Part shown: one piece after another, positions 34,013-44,606 of the stretch
How positions within the stretch are numbered: position 1 is the first letter of the stretch
Layout: each line of letters opens with the position of its first letter
Assembly: GCA_963674945.2 (NCBI GenBank)
Contig: CAXXWQ010000001.1
Coordinates: 224,001 to 288,000 of the forward strand
Reading direction: 5' to 3'
Length of the DNA stretch: 64,000 bases
Origin: an uncultured Desulfosarcina sp.
Lineage (GTDB): Bacteria > Desulfobacterota > Desulfobacteria > Desulfobacterales > Desulfosarcinaceae
Notes under the pieces: model-generated
What the model was told of the DNA's origin: nothing
The model's input: the letters and a program-made list of their open reading frames with translations, nothing else
Databases searched by the model: none
Program-made: the position numbers and the translations under genes

Positions 34013-34361
34013 AAAGAATTCCCTGTTGTTTTTTGGTTATGGTGGTTGGGTCGCTTTCGTAAGAGGCAAGGGGAAAAACCAAATTGGTTCGACCATAACG
34101 TGACCATGCCACACAAAATCAAAGCCATCAAGTACAAGCGAAGAAAAAGCTTTTCTATGCCAAATATGGCAAAACAGGATTACAAAAAAAATTCATTCTT
34201 CCATAATTTTGCCGATGGATGAAATGTGAAACGCTTTTTATAATGGGCCTCTTTTCATTTGTATTGTGGGAACTGATGTTACGGGGTGACATCAAAATCT
34301 GGGGAGACGACCTTCGAGGAAACAGATCGCCAATTCAAGAAAAATAGTATTGCAGAGATGG

Positions 34362-34394
34362 CCAGAGGGCCCGCTTTCCCGGCGGGCCCTCTGG
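34362..34394. terminator. GC-rich hairpin downstream of fumarase, possible terminator
   Basis: 13-bp perfect stem ccagagggcccgc/gcgggccctctgg; no clear U tract on the minus strand. Confidence 0.5.
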
Positions 34395-34408
34395 AAAACG
34401 AAGGGCAT

Positions 34409-36016
34409 TTACAAAAGGTTCGCGAAGAAATCGTTACCCTTGTCGTCCACCAGAATAAAGGCCGGAAAATCCTTGACCGTGATCATATAGATGGCCTCCA
34501 TGCCCAATTCGGGGTATTCGAGTACCTCTACCGAAGTGATGCACTCTTTTCCCAGTCGCGCTGCAGGGCCACCGATGGATCCGAGGTAGAAGCCTCCGTA
34601 CTTTTTGCATGCATCCGTCACCTGTTGGCTGCGATTGCCTTTGGCCAGCATGACCATGGACGCACCTTCTGCCTGGAAAACCGGTACATAGGTGTCCATA
34701 CGACCCGCTGTGGTGGGGCCGAAGGAACCGGACGCATACCCCTCGGGGGTCTTTGCCGGCCCTGCGTAATAGATAATGTGGTCCTTCAGGTACTGGGGTA
34801 ATCCTTGGCCGCTGTCCAGCCGCTCTTTGAGCTTGGCATGGGCGATGTCCCGGCCCACGATGATTTTTCCGGACAGCTTCAGGCGGGTGGCCACCGGATA
34901 CTTGGTCAATATGGCCCGAATATCGTCCATGGGTTGGTTGAGATCGATGGCTATTGCCTCCTCTTCGCCCCCTGCCGGTGCCGGGAGAAAACGGGCCGGG
35001 TCGGTCTCCAATTTTTCCAAAAAGATCCCTTTTGCCGTTATCTTGGCCCTGATGTTGCGGTCGGCGCTGCAACTGACCCCCATGCCGATGGGGCAGGAAG
35101 CCCCGTGTCGGGGCAGGCGTACGACGCGAACATCATGACAGAAATACTTGCCACCGAATTGGGCACCGAGACCCAGTTCCCCGGAGCGTTTTAAAAGCTC
35201 TTCCTCCAGGTCAAGATCCCGGAACCCATGGCCGGTATCGCTGCCCGAAGTGGGAAGGTGGTCCAGGTAGCCGGCCGACGCCAGTTTCACGGTTTTCAGG
35301 TTGTACTCGGCAGACGTTCCCCCGATGACGAAGGCCAGGTGGTAGGGTGGACAGGCGGCGGTACCCAGCGTTTTCATTTTGGCCGTCAGGAAATCCACGA
35401 AGGTATCCGGATTGAGGACGGCCTTGGTCTCCTGAAACAGATAGGTTTTATTGGCCGATCCCCCTCCCTTTGCGATGAACAGGAACTTGTAGGCATCTCC
35501 TTCGGTGGCGTAGATTTCCACCTGGGCGGGCAGGTTGCATCCGGTGTTTTTCTCTTCGTACATGGTAAGGGGCGCGTTTTGGGAATACCGAAGATTACAT
35601 TTTGTGTACGCGTTGAAGACTCCTTTGGAGAGCGCTTTTTCATCGCAGGCACCGGTCCACACCTGTTGCCCTTTTTTCCCCATCACGATGGCGGTGCCGG
35701 TATCCTGGCACATGGGAAACTCCATTTCCGCAGAAATCACCGCGTTTTTTATCATTTCGAGTGCCACATACCGATCGTTTTCCGAACTTTCCGGGTCATT
35801 GAGGATCTTTTCCAGTTGCGCCATGTGCTTCGACCGATAAAGGTGAGACACATCTTTGAACGCTGCTTCCGCCAGAAGCGCCAATCCCTCGGGTGCGATC
35901 TTTAAAACGGGTTGCCCCTCGAATTCGGCCGTGGAGACGTAATCGGTGGTGAGCAATCGGTACTCGGTATCGTCCTCGCCCAGGGGCAGCAGTTCTTCAT
36001 ACGAAAAATCGACCAT
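34409..36016 (-). CDS. Fumarate hydratase class I (Fe-S)
   Basis: [48 protein letters not shown] and YPELGMEA motifs. Confidence 0.95.
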   Translation of the reverse strand: MVDFSYEELLPLGEDDTEYRLLTTDYVSTAEFEGQPVLKIAPEGLALLAEAAFKDVSHLYRSKHMAQLEKILNDPESSENDRYVALEMIKNAVISAEMEFPMCQDTGTAIVMGKKGQQVWTGACDEKALSKGVFNAYTKCNLRYSQNAPLTMYEEKNTGCNLPAQVEIYATEGDAYKFLFIAKGGGSANKTYLFQETKAVLNPDTFVDFLTAKMKTLGTAACPPYHLAFVIGGTSAEYNLKTVKLASAGYLDHLPTSGSDTGHGFRDLDLEEELLKRSGELGLGAQFGGKYFCHDVRVVRLPRHGASCPIGMGVSCSADRNIRAKITAKGIFLEKLETDPARFLPAPAGGEEEAIAIDLNQPMDDIRAILTKYPVATRLKLSGKIIVGRDIAHAKLKERLDSGQGLPQYLKDHIIYYAGPAKTPEGYASGSFGPTTAGRMDTYVPVFQAEGASMVMLAKGNRSQQVTDACKKYGGFYLGSIGGPAARLGKECITSVEVLEYPELGMEAIYMITVKDFPAFILVDDKGNDFFANLL

Positions 36017-36289
36017 TGCATCTCTCCTTTTCCGTTGGTTATTTCGGATCCTTTTTATTATGCGTATTGCCAAGCGGTTTCCATACCGACTCGGTTTACA
36101 TTCATCCTGTATTGTCAAACCTTGCTTGCCCTTTGCATGGGATCTGTGCAGAGCATCGAAAATGCGCGAAGAGAGTCAATTTAGTGGGTATACCTCGAAG
36201 TTGTCAAGGCGTTTTGTTCAATATCCCGTTTCGAAGATGAATAACCGATGGATTCTGCGACCGCGGGATTATCGGATGGGAAACCAGCC

Positions 36290-37180
36290 TCAGCCGGCTA
36301 GCATTCGGGACAGGTGGTTATCCTTTTCGTACCACAGTCGGTTGAGCCAATTTTGAAATTCCCTTTTGAACTGCGGATCGTGAAGGTAGTCTCCCAACAG
36401 TTCATGGTCAATGGGCAGTGTCTTTACGTGAACCCTCACTTCTCTCAACCGTCCGCAGACAAAATCCCAGAAACTGGCCACGCCATGAGGGTAAGCGATG
36501 GTTACATCTACGATGTGCTGCATTTTATCACCCATGGCCGCAAGGACGAAAGCCAAACCGCCTGCCTTGGTACGAAGCAGATGGGTATAGGGGGAACGCT
36601 GCCGGGCGTGCTTCTCCGGCGTAAATCGGGTGCCTTCCACAAAATTCATCACGGATACCGGAAGTTGTCTGAATTTTCTGCAGGCACGCCTGGTGATCTC
36701 CAGATCTTTACCGATCAGGTGGGGGTTCTTTTTGAGAAATTTCCGACTATAGCGTTGCATGAAGGGAAAATCCAGCGCCCACCATGCCTGCCCGAGGACG
36801 GGGAACCAGAACAGCTCTTTTTTCAGGAAAAATTTTAAGAATGGGATTTTCCGGTAGAAAACGTTTTGCAGGACCAGGATATCCACCCAACTCTGGTGGT
36901 TTGCGACCACCAGATACCAGCCTTTGGGATCGAGGTTCTCCACACCGTTGAGGTTCCATCGAATGCGGCTGAACAAGCGTTGGTTGACGTTATTGATGGC
37001 GATCCAGTAGTCGGCAATGGCGGTTAATGCTTTTCGACACCCTGTTTGTACAAATTTTACAGGGATCAAAATCTTGAACAATGCGATAACAAAGAGAGGA
37101 ATGCAGCATACGATTGTATTGACCGTATAGAAAAGGATGGAAAAAACACCGCGCGCTCCCTGTATGAATGATTGGAACAT
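36290..37180 (-). CDS. PlsC-family acyltransferase (YihG-like)
   Basis: NHQSWVD, KFFLKKEL, WWALDFPFM.R and NFVEGTRF motifs. Confidence 0.9.
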   Translation of the reverse strand: MFQSFIQGARGVFSILFYTVNTIVCCIPLFVIALFKILIPVKFVQTGCRKALTAIADYWIAINNVNQRLFSRIRWNLNGVENLDPKGWYLVVANHQSWVDILVLQNVFYRKIPFLKFFLKKELFWFPVLGQAWWALDFPFMQRYSRKFLKKNPHLIGKDLEITRRACRKFRQLPVSVMNFVEGTRFTPEKHARQRSPYTHLLRTKAGGLAFVLAAMGDKMQHIVDVTIAYPHGVASFWDFVCGRLREVRVHVKTLPIDHELLGDYLHDPQFKREFQNWLNRLWYEKDNHLSRMLAG

Positions 37181-37581
37181 GAGAAGTCTTTCGTTTCCTG
37201 CAATCTGCCTGTAACACACGCAGATTGCACAATATAGTAGTTTTCACCTTTACCGGCTGACTATTTTACAAAAAAGTAAGGATAGATTCTTAGTGAAAAA
37301 AGCGGTTGGAATCAACAATGGTGGGCGTTGGTGACAAAAGTTTTACATTAGCGGAATCCGCATTCGAATAAAATTACTGATCAGACTGATCAGGGTGTAT
37401 CGATTCTAGGATTACAATTGCGATGTATGAAATTTTGTAATTGATCGTGGCCTGCATTCCCTTTTTCCACACAATCAAAGGCAAAAACGAACTTTTTCAC
37501 CATGCGTTCAAATCAATGGCGAAGTGGATACCTGCCTGAAAAAGATAGAAATCGATTTTTTCCCCGTGGCATCTTTTCCGC

Positions 37582-37597
37582 TGGCATTTTTTTTGCT
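37582..37597 (+). promoter_or_regulatory. Sigma-54 (-24/-12) promoter
   Basis: TGGCATTTTTTTTGCT has GG-N10-GC spacing and lies about 30 nt upstream of the riboswitch. Confidence 0.65.
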
Positions 37598-37627
37598 TTC
37601 TAACCTTGCGATTTATTCGCAGTAGGG

Positions 37628-37736
37628 CTCGAAAATGGCAAACCATTCGAAAGGATGGGACGCAAAGCCACTGGCCTAAATCTTCTAATCCGATTTCAAT
37701 TCAAAGGATAGAAGACATGGTAGCAGGGTTGCCGAA
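37628..37736 (+). ncRNA. Cyclic di-GMP-I (GEMM) riboswitch
   Basis: GGCAAACCATTC-GAAA-GGATGGGACGCAAAGCCACTGGCCTAAA...ATGGTAGCAGGGTTGCCGA: P2 with GAAA tetraloop, GCAAAG junction, P3 and 3' GCCG, in the 5' UTR of the surface-protein gene. Confidence 0.92.
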
Positions 37737-37802
37737 GGCAAAAGGCTGTATCCTCCGTGGATCTACCGTTTGTCAACCGGCTCCATAACGGAGGAATACA
37801 AA

Positions 37803-40800
37803 ATGTTACTTAGATCCATCACCCGGCTCATTGCCCGTACCCTTGGGGTATTGGTTTTGGGCCTTCTTTTCTTCACGCAACCCCTTGTCCATGCCGAACG
37901 GGTAACACTTGCCTGGGATCCTACCGATCCTGCACCGGACGGATATCGACTCTATCAACGGGTTGAAGGAGAGACGTATGATTACAGCCAAGCTGCTTGG
38001 AGCGGAACCGACGCTTCGGGAATGATCGATGGTTTGGCGAGTGGTACCAACTACTATTTCGTTGTCCGTGCATATGTGGGAGACGTCGAGAGTGCCGATT
38101 CCAACGAGGTGCTTTTCAATGCGCCCTCAACCGTTTTACCTACGTATACCATCGTCTCGGCGGCGGGAAACAACGGCGGGATTTCTCCGGAAGGATCCGT
38201 TGCCGTCGATGAGGGGGCAACCCAAAGTTATCAGATCACACCGGATACCGGATACCATGTTGAAAATGTCGTGGTTGACGGCGTTTCCATGGGAGCCCTG
38301 TCTGCCTATGAATTCAGTAATATCGATGCAGACCATACCATCACTGCCAGTTTTGCGGTGGATACCTATACGATTTCTGCAGTGGCGGGCGACAATGGCA
38401 GTATTTCACCTTCCGGTATTATCAGTGTCAATCATGGCGGCGGCCAGACATTTGCCTTTGCGCCAGATACCGGTTACCACGTTTCTGATGTAACGATAGA
38501 CGGACTGTCCAAAGGCCCTCTGACTTCGTACACGTTCACCCAGGTGACGGCCAATCGATCCATCGAAGTCACCTTTTCCACGGATACGTACACCATTCCA
38601 GACACGACCCAGGCGACGCTGGCCTGGGACCCCACCGATCCCGCCCCGGATGGCTATCGACTCTACCAGCGGCAGGAAGGGCAGGAATACGATTACACCC
38701 AGCCGTGTTGGTCGGGTACCGAAACCACCGCAACCATCTACAATCTGGAGTGGGACACCACTTACCACTTTGTCGTTCGCGCCTTCGTAGGCGATGTGGA
38801 GAGTGCGGATTCCAACGAAGTCGTTTTTTCAGCAACATCGCCGACGCCCGCAACCCACACGATCTCGGTTACGGCCGGCAGCAACGGCACGGTCTCTCCG
38901 GATGGCATCGTTTCGGTGGAGAGCGGTGCGGATCAGACTTTCACCATTTCAGCCGATACCGGCTGCCATGTGGCGGAGGTGTCGGTCGATGGGGTTTCCG
39001 TCGGTGCCGTATCTTCCTATACATTTTCACAGGTCGCCGCCAATCATTCCCTCGATGTCAGCTTCGCGGTAAATACGTATACGATAGCGGCAACATCCGG
39101 TGCGAACGGCTCGATCTCACCGAGCGGCACGACAACCGTGAATCATGACGGGAATGTAACATACACGATTACGGCGGACACGGGGTATTTTGTAGCAGAT
39201 GTGCTGGTTGATGGTGTCTCCTATGGTGCTCTGTCCACCTATACCTTCAACCAGGTTGCACGCAACCACACCATCAGTGCGACATTTGCGGCCAGCACCT
39301 ATGACATTACCGCCAGTGCTGGCAGCAACGGCTCGATCTCACCGAGCGGCACGACAACCGTAAACCATGGTGAGAATTTGTCATACACGATAACGGCGGA
39401 CGCGGGATATTCGGTGGCAGACGTCCTGGTGGACGGTGTGTCCGTGGGTGCCGTGTCGGGCTATACCTTCAGCCAGATATCGGGCGGCCACACGATTAGT
39501 GCTACCTTTGTGGTCAAGACCTATGACATCACCGCCACCGCCGGTATCAACGGTGCTATATCGCCTGCCGGAACCACAACCGTGGCCCATGGCGGCAGCC
39601 AATCCTACACAATAACGGCCAGCAGCGGTTATCTGGTGGCCGATGTGCAAGTGGATGGCGCATCCATAGGACCGGTCGCTTCCTATACCTTTGTCAGCGT
39701 CGTTGCACCACATGCCATTCATGCCACATTCGAAGCGAAAGTCCACACCATCGCAACGAACACCGATGACAACGGCGTCATGGAACCTTCCGGTAATGTG
39801 GTGGTTGCCAATGGTGAAGACCAGACCTTTATTTTCACGGCATCATCGGGATTCCATATCGAGGATATTCAGGTGGACGGTCAATCCATCGGTGGGGTTC
39901 AGGAATATACATTCACCAACGTAACCGAAGACCATTCCATATCCGTTACCTTCTCTGAAAATACCCTGGTCAACGTGTGGATCGAGGCGGAAGACGGTGA
40001 TCTTCAATGGCCCATGGAAATTGCCGATGACACCAGCGCCAGTGCCGGCGGGTATGTATGGGTGCCCCAGGGAACGGGAGTGATAAGCACTCCATCGGAA
40101 GACAACGGGTATGCCCAGTTCTACTTCGAGGTTCCCGAAAACGGCACATATGCCATCTGGGGAAGCGAGGTCTCCAACGACACGGCCAGTGACTCTTTCT
40201 TCGTGGCTGTGGACGACCAGCCTTATCTGACATGGCATACCAAGTTGGGCGGCGAGGAAACCTGGACCTGGGACGTGGTCAGCCAACGGGATGTTGAAAA
40301 TTTGCAGTATACCATTGCGCCGAAAACATATTGGTTGTCTGCGGGGTCACACACGCTGACCATCATGCAACGGGAAGATGGAACCAAGCTGGACCGGATC
40401 CTTGTCACCAATGATCTCACCATCACCGATCCGGAGCCGAAGAGTATCGCGGACAGCATGGAGTTCGGGGTTGCTCAGGTCGATCACACATGGAAACGGG
40501 TAAGTTTTGGAAAATCCTTCACCAAACCGGTGGTCGTCGCAGGACCCATCAGCCTGGTTGACAAAGATCCCGCAGTTGTTCGAATCCGGAATGTCGACGA
40601 GACAGGATTTGAGATCTGTGTCCAGGAGTGGGATTATTTGGACGGTGTCCACCAGACAGAGACGGTGAATTACCTGGTCATGGAAGAGGGGGTGTATGTC
40701 CTTGACGATGGAACGAGGATCGAGGCGGGTACCATTGCCGGGACGAACGCCTTTCAGACTGTCGCCTTTACCGATGCCTTTGCCGTTCCTCCCATCGTGA

Positions 40801-41228
40801 TAAGCTCGATCAGTACTGTCAATGATCCCGTCGCCGTGACAGGGCGTGTTAACGATATCACCATAAACGGATTCGACTACGCAATGCAGGAGCAGGAAGC
40901 CAACACCCAAGATCATCTCGATGAGACGGTTTCCTATATTGCGTGGGAACCTTCCGTCGGAAGTCTGGGGGGCATGAAGTATGTGGTTCAAAAAACGGTC
41001 GATGCGGTGACACACCGAATCTTTAGCATTCAGGCCGGTGACGAATTCGCAGCGGCACCCGTATTTTTGTCCGATATGCAGACGTTTGATGGACAAGAAA
41101 CGGCCAATGTTCGCTATTATTCCATGCGGACCTCCTCTTTTGATGTGCTGATCGACGAGGAGCAATCACGGGATAGAGAAACCAATCATCCCAAAGAAGT
41201 CGTCGGATATATTCTTTTTGGTGAGTGA
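37803..41228 (+). CDS. Large secreted surface/adhesin-like protein: 2 FN3-like domains, 7 InlB-B-like repeats, and C-terminal carbohydrate-binding/lectin-like domains
   Basis: RBS ggagg; signal peptide ending VHA; TLAWDP..YYFVVRAY twice; ~74-aa repeat YTI.A.AG.NG.ISP.G...DG...YTF....NHTI.A.F seven times; WIEAEDG domain; three repeats ending E.V.Y. Confidence 0.85.
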   Translation: MLLRSITRLIARTLGVLVLGLLFFTQPLVHAERVTLAWDPTDPAPDGYRLYQRVEGETYDYSQAAWSGTDASGMIDGLASGTNYYFVVRAYVGDVESADSNEVLFNAPSTVLPTYTIVSAAGNNGGISPEGSVAVDEGATQSYQITPDTGYHVENVVVDGVSMGALSAYEFSNIDADHTITASFAVDTYTISAVAGDNGSISPSGIISVNHGGGQTFAFAPDTGYHVSDVTIDGLSKGPLTSYTFTQVTANRSIEVTFSTDTYTIPDTTQATLAWDPTDPAPDGYRLYQRQEGQEYDYTQPCWSGTETTATIYNLEWDTTYHFVVRAFVGDVESADSNEVVFSATSPTPATHTISVTAGSNGTVSPDGIVSVESGADQTFTISADTGCHVAEVSVDGVSVGAVSSYTFSQVAANHSLDVSFAVNTYTIAATSGANGSISPSGTTTVNHDGNVTYTITADTGYFVADVLVDGVSYGALSTYTFNQVARNHTISATFAASTYDITASAGSNGSISPSGTTTVNHGENLSYTITADAGYSVADVLVDGVSVGAVSGYTFSQISGGHTISATFVVKTYDITATAGINGAISPAGTTTVAHGGSQSYTITASSGYLVADVQVDGASIGPVASYTFVSVVAPHAIHATFEAKVHTIATNTDDNGVMEPSGNVVVANGEDQTFIFTASSGFHIEDIQVDGQSIGGVQEYTFTNVTEDHSISVTFSENTLVNVWIEAEDGDLQWPMEIADDTSASAGGYVWVPQGTGVISTPSEDNGYAQFYFEVPENGTYAIWGSEVSNDTASDSFFVAVDDQPYLTWHTKLGGEETWTWDVVSQRDVENLQYTIAPKTYWLSAGSHTLTIMQREDGTKLDRILVTNDLTITDPEPKSIADSMEFGVAQVDHTWKRVSFGKSFTKPVVVAGPISLVDKDPAVVRIRNVDETGFEICVQEWDYLDGVHQTETVNYLVMEEGVYVLDDGTRIEAGTIAGTNAFQTVAFTDAFAVPPIVISSISTVNDPVAVTGRVNDITINGFDYAMQEQEANTQDHLDETVSYIAWEPSVGSLGGMKYVVQKTVDAVTHRIFSIQAGDEFAAAPVFLSDMQTFDGQETANVRYYSMRTSSFDVLIDEEQSRDRETNHPKEVVGYILFGE

Positions 41229-41618
41229 CAGCAATCGTTTGGTTTATGTTTGCATGGAAGGTATGAAAATCATGATATAAAAGTACAATAGGATTTATTC
41301 ACGGTAAATTTCCTGTGGACATGATATGCCGACACGTAATACGATACGTATCGGCATATTTTTTTCCGGCCTCTTTGTCAGCGTCCATCCTGAATTGGTC
41401 AATTTGCCCGACATCCGCGCTGCACGAGAAATCTTATCCTTGTAATGTGTATTATCGACAATATGCCGCCGCTAAGATTTTTCGTGTGCGTTTTTGTCCC
41501 GTCTGATCCCTATCAGGGGATAACGACCAAATTTTCCTGTTTCTGGATAGACCTGTTCATTTCCGGCATGATCCATGCGTTTTTGGACAAAGGCCGGCAT
41601 GATGAAAGGAACGACAGG

Positions 41619-42416
41619 ATGATTCGATTGCTGTGTTGTTTCCTTGTTTTATCCTTTTCAATCATCGCGGATACAGCCAATGCCGAGATTCCAGCCGTGG
41701 AAAGGGAAGCGTTGATCATATTTTACAACAGCACCGGTGGTGATGACTGGTCCGACAACAGTGGTTGGAAAGACGGTACGCTTGAATCAGATGGATTTGC
41801 CGCGATAGGAACAGAGTGCAACTGGCATGGCATTACTTGTGAGGAAGGTCATGTTGTTGGAATCGTTCTGATGAATAACCAGCTTGCCGGCGTTCCGGAA
41901 GGGCTGGAAAATCTATCCAATCTGAAAGATCTTTACCTCAGTGAAAATTCGTTGACCGGTATCCCGGCAGCGCTGGGAAATCTCGGGGCGCTGGAGTTAC
42001 TTTACCTGGACAACAATCAACTTAGTAACATCCCTTCAGCGTTGGGAAATTTGACGAGTCTCATATCACTGTCGCTCTACCAAAACCAGATCACCACTAT
42101 TCCGGCAGGGTTGGAAAATCTGGCGAACCTTATCTATCTTTACCTCGATAATAATATGCTGACGGAAATACCAAAAGAGTTTGGCAATCTCACTGGACTT
42201 CTCGTTCTTTATTTGAATGATAACAGGCTGGCACAACTTCCTGTCGAAATGACGAACATGGAAAATTTGGATTATTTGGATATCTGTGGCAACCGTATTC
42301 GAATACGCGATGATGCACTTCGTTCCTTTGTGGATGGCGTTCAACCCGAGTGGGAGAGCTGTCAGAAAAGGTCTCTGCCCTTTATCCCCCTCCTTTTGCT
42401 TGATGAAGATCAATAA
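41619..42416 (+). CDS. Secreted leucine-rich repeat protein
   Basis: Signal peptide; EREALI.FY.STGG..W...C.WHGITC cap; 23-aa LRRs (L.L..N.L..IP..LGNL); C-terminal LPFIPLLLLDEDQ. Confidence 0.88.
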   Translation: MIRLLCCFLVLSFSIIADTANAEIPAVEREALIIFYNSTGGDDWSDNSGWKDGTLESDGFAAIGTECNWHGITCEEGHVVGIVLMNNQLAGVPEGLENLSNLKDLYLSENSLTGIPAALGNLGALELLYLDNNQLSNIPSALGNLTSLISLSLYQNQITTIPAGLENLANLIYLYLDNNMLTEIPKEFGNLTGLLVLYLNDNRLAQLPVEMTNMENLDYLDICGNRIRIRDDALRSFVDGVQPEWESCQKRSLPFIPLLLLDEDQ

Positions 42417-42724
42417 TAGGCAATAATTTCCATCGATTTTGTTACCGTATTGCCGTAAACAACCGCTTTCGGTCTCTTATCAATTCCGGGTGCCTGTCGA
42501 TTCTGAATAGCTACGTCCAAAAAAACAGTGTCCGCATCTCTCACAACAATTCCAGGCGCCATTGTGTTAACCAGTTAAGTTAGCAGTTGTTAATTGGTTA
42601 ATAGTCAATCGCGCCGAAATCCGGCCGGTCATTCTTGCCACAAGGTGCAGGCGTATTGCGATGGATGGCCGTATATAGAGGTTCTCAGCACTATTTTCCC
42701 GGCTTCATTTTCAATTTCTTAATG

Positions 42725-42740
42725 TGGCATTATCCTTGCT
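42725..42740 (+). promoter_or_regulatory. Sigma-54 (-24/-12) promoter of the sulfur-relay cluster
   Basis: TGGCATTATCCTTGCT has GG-N10-GC spacing, about 90 nt before the YeeE ATG; upstream AT-rich inverted repeat at 42567-42601. Confidence 0.65.
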
Positions 42741-42828
42741 GTTTTGCCATTCAATTAGATTGTTTCGCGTCATGTTAACCCTTGAAAACGACAACCATGA
42801 ACAACCTATCTTACTGTGGAGTTCGACA

Positions 42829-44022
42829 ATGGCATCCGGGTCTTTGATAGCGAGTGTTAAAGAGGAAGCGCGTAAGAATTACATCGCTGTTTTCGAACAG
42901 GACTGGCCATCCTGGCTGGCAGGAATATTCATCGCAATACTGGCTCTGATGATTTTTCTATGGGACGGTCCATGGGGGATTGCCGGTGGTTACAAAAACT
43001 GGGGAAATTGGGTCCTGTATTCTCTGGGTATCAACTCGGAAAAGCCTTTTGCACCATGGCTTCACCCAATGTCCATGTCCAACTTCGGAATTTTTGCCGG
43101 AGCCTTGTTCTCGGCCATGATGAGCCGTCAGTTCAAGATTCGAAAGGCACCAGCCCTTGAGTACGGTAAAGGTATCGTGGGAGGAATTCTCATGGGCGTC
43201 GGCGCCGCTTTTGCCGGAGGATGCAATGTGGGAGGATTCTACACGGCCACGGGAATGCTTTCCATGGGTGGCATTGCCATGATGGTTGGTCTGGGCGGAG
43301 GCGCCTGGATCGGTCTGAAATACCTTTTATGGGAACTGGAGCACATGCCGGCGAAACCCTTGCGCGAAAAAGACGGGACCGGGCCGTTTCTTGGCATTCG
43401 CTGGGATAGGGTACAGCCTTACATCGGTACCGGTGTGGTGGTGGCTGTTGTGGCAGCGTTTTATGCATACTCCTCCATCGATAAGACCGTGCTTGGAGGA
43501 TTGCTGTTTCTCGGGTTTCTCATCGGCCTCGTCATGCACCGGTCCAGATTCTGTTTTGTCAGGGCCTTTCGATGTCCGTTCATGACCGGCGAGGCGGAAA
43601 TGGTCAAAGTCGTTGCCATGAGCCTGATGATTTACGGCATGGGAAGCGCCGTTATCAAGTGGGCATGGATCAAGGAACCCATGGAAGGCGTGTACCACCC
43701 CTTCTTTTTGGGAAGTCTCCTGGGTGGGCTTGTTTTCGGGGTTGGAATGATTCTGGCCGGAGGATGTGCCAGCAGTACTCTGTGGCGCGTCGGGGAGGGA
43801 CATCTTAAACTGGTCATGACCATGATCGGATTCGCGTTGTCCAACGCATTGGCAGCCAAAGTCATTGCGACCTTGCACCTGTCAGAAAAACTGGGTAAGG
43901 GCGTATTCATGCCGGAGGTGTTCAGCTGGCAAGCGACCATTCCCCTGTTTATCATTTTCTTTGTCGTGTGGGCGTTCATCGCTATCTGGAATGAGGAATC
44001 GGAAAAATTCGTCATTTTTTAA
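42829..44022 (+). CDS. YeeE/YedE-family sulfur-compound (thiosulfate) transporter
   Basis: Multi-TM; GG.LMG.GA..AGGCN, RSRFCF and FG.GMILAGGCAS motifs with conserved Cys. Confidence 0.9.
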   Translation: MASGSLIASVKEEARKNYIAVFEQDWPSWLAGIFIAILALMIFLWDGPWGIAGGYKNWGNWVLYSLGINSEKPFAPWLHPMSMSNFGIFAGALFSAMMSRQFKIRKAPALEYGKGIVGGILMGVGAAFAGGCNVGGFYTATGMLSMGGIAMMVGLGGGAWIGLKYLLWELEHMPAKPLREKDGTGPFLGIRWDRVQPYIGTGVVVAVVAAFYAYSSIDKTVLGGLLFLGFLIGLVMHRSRFCFVRAFRCPFMTGEAEMVKVVAMSLMIYGMGSAVIKWAWIKEPMEGVYHPFFLGSLLGGLVFGVGMILAGGCASSTLWRVGEGHLKLVMTMIGFALSNALAAKVIATLHLSEKLGKGVFMPEVFSWQATIPLFIIFFVVWAFIAIWNEESEKFVIF

Positions 44023-44056
44023 TGTGGGTACCAACAACCAATAAAGGAGAAGATCA

Positions 44057-44302
44057 ATGGATATCGAGACCATTCAAGCCGATCAGACGTTAGACACAAG
44101 AGGGCTTGCTTGCCCTATGCCCCTGCTGAAAACCAAAAAGACATTGAAGGGCATGAAATCCACCCAGATCCTGGAGGTGCTTGGCGATGATCCGGGATCA
44201 AAGAACGACATCCCCGGGTGGGCCGGCAAAGGGGGCAACGAATTTTTGGGCATGACCGACACGGACCAGGGATATACCCGTTACTTTATCAAAAAGGGGT
44301 GA
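44057..44302 (+). CDS. tusA: TusA/SirA-family sulfur carrier
   Basis: LDTRGLACPMP and DDPGS..DIP motifs; RBS aggag. Confidence 0.9.
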   Translation: MDIETIQADQTLDTRGLACPMPLLKTKKTLKGMKSTQILEVLGDDPGSKNDIPGWAGKGGNEFLGMTDTDQGYTRYFIKKG

Positions 44303-44306
44303 AACC

Positions 44307-44597
44307 ATGGCAGACAGGATCGCTGTGATCGTAAAAGATGTCGAACAGCAGTACGAAGCGTTGAGAACAAGTCTGGGATTGCTGCTGGAGATGGCAGAAG
44401 TACAGATGTTCGTCATGAACCATGAAATCGCAAACATGGATGAAGCGTATTCCGAGAATATGGAGTTTCTGGACGAGATGGAAGGGGAGCGGTATACCAA
44501 CAATGCTGCGAATGCCGACAAATATGGATTCAACTTATTGGAAAATAGGGAAATTGCAGAGAAATTAAAAGAGGCTTCTCTGGTTATCCCCTTTTAG
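44307..44597 (+). CDS. DsrE/DsrF-like small protein (no Cys)
   Basis: RIAVIV..EALRTSLGL, V.MFV and C-terminal ASLVIPF are typical of the DsrE/F fold; operon context. Confidence 0.65.
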   Translation: MADRIAVIVKDVEQQYEALRTSLGLLLEMAEVQMFVMNHEIANMDEAYSENMEFLDEMEGERYTNNAANADKYGFNLLENREIAEKLKEASLVIPF

Positions 44598-44606
44598 GAG
44601 AAGACC

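Noticed and set aside
34147..34163. Sigma-54 promoter upstream of the acetate-CoA ligase (TTGGCATAGAAAAGCT, minus strand)
   Set aside because: GG-to-GC spacing is 9 nt rather than the required 10.
37628..37736. Riboswitch as the 3',3'-cGAMP-sensing variant
   Set aside because: The discriminating nucleotide before GCAAACC is G rather than A, which favours c-di-GMP; not tested experimentally.
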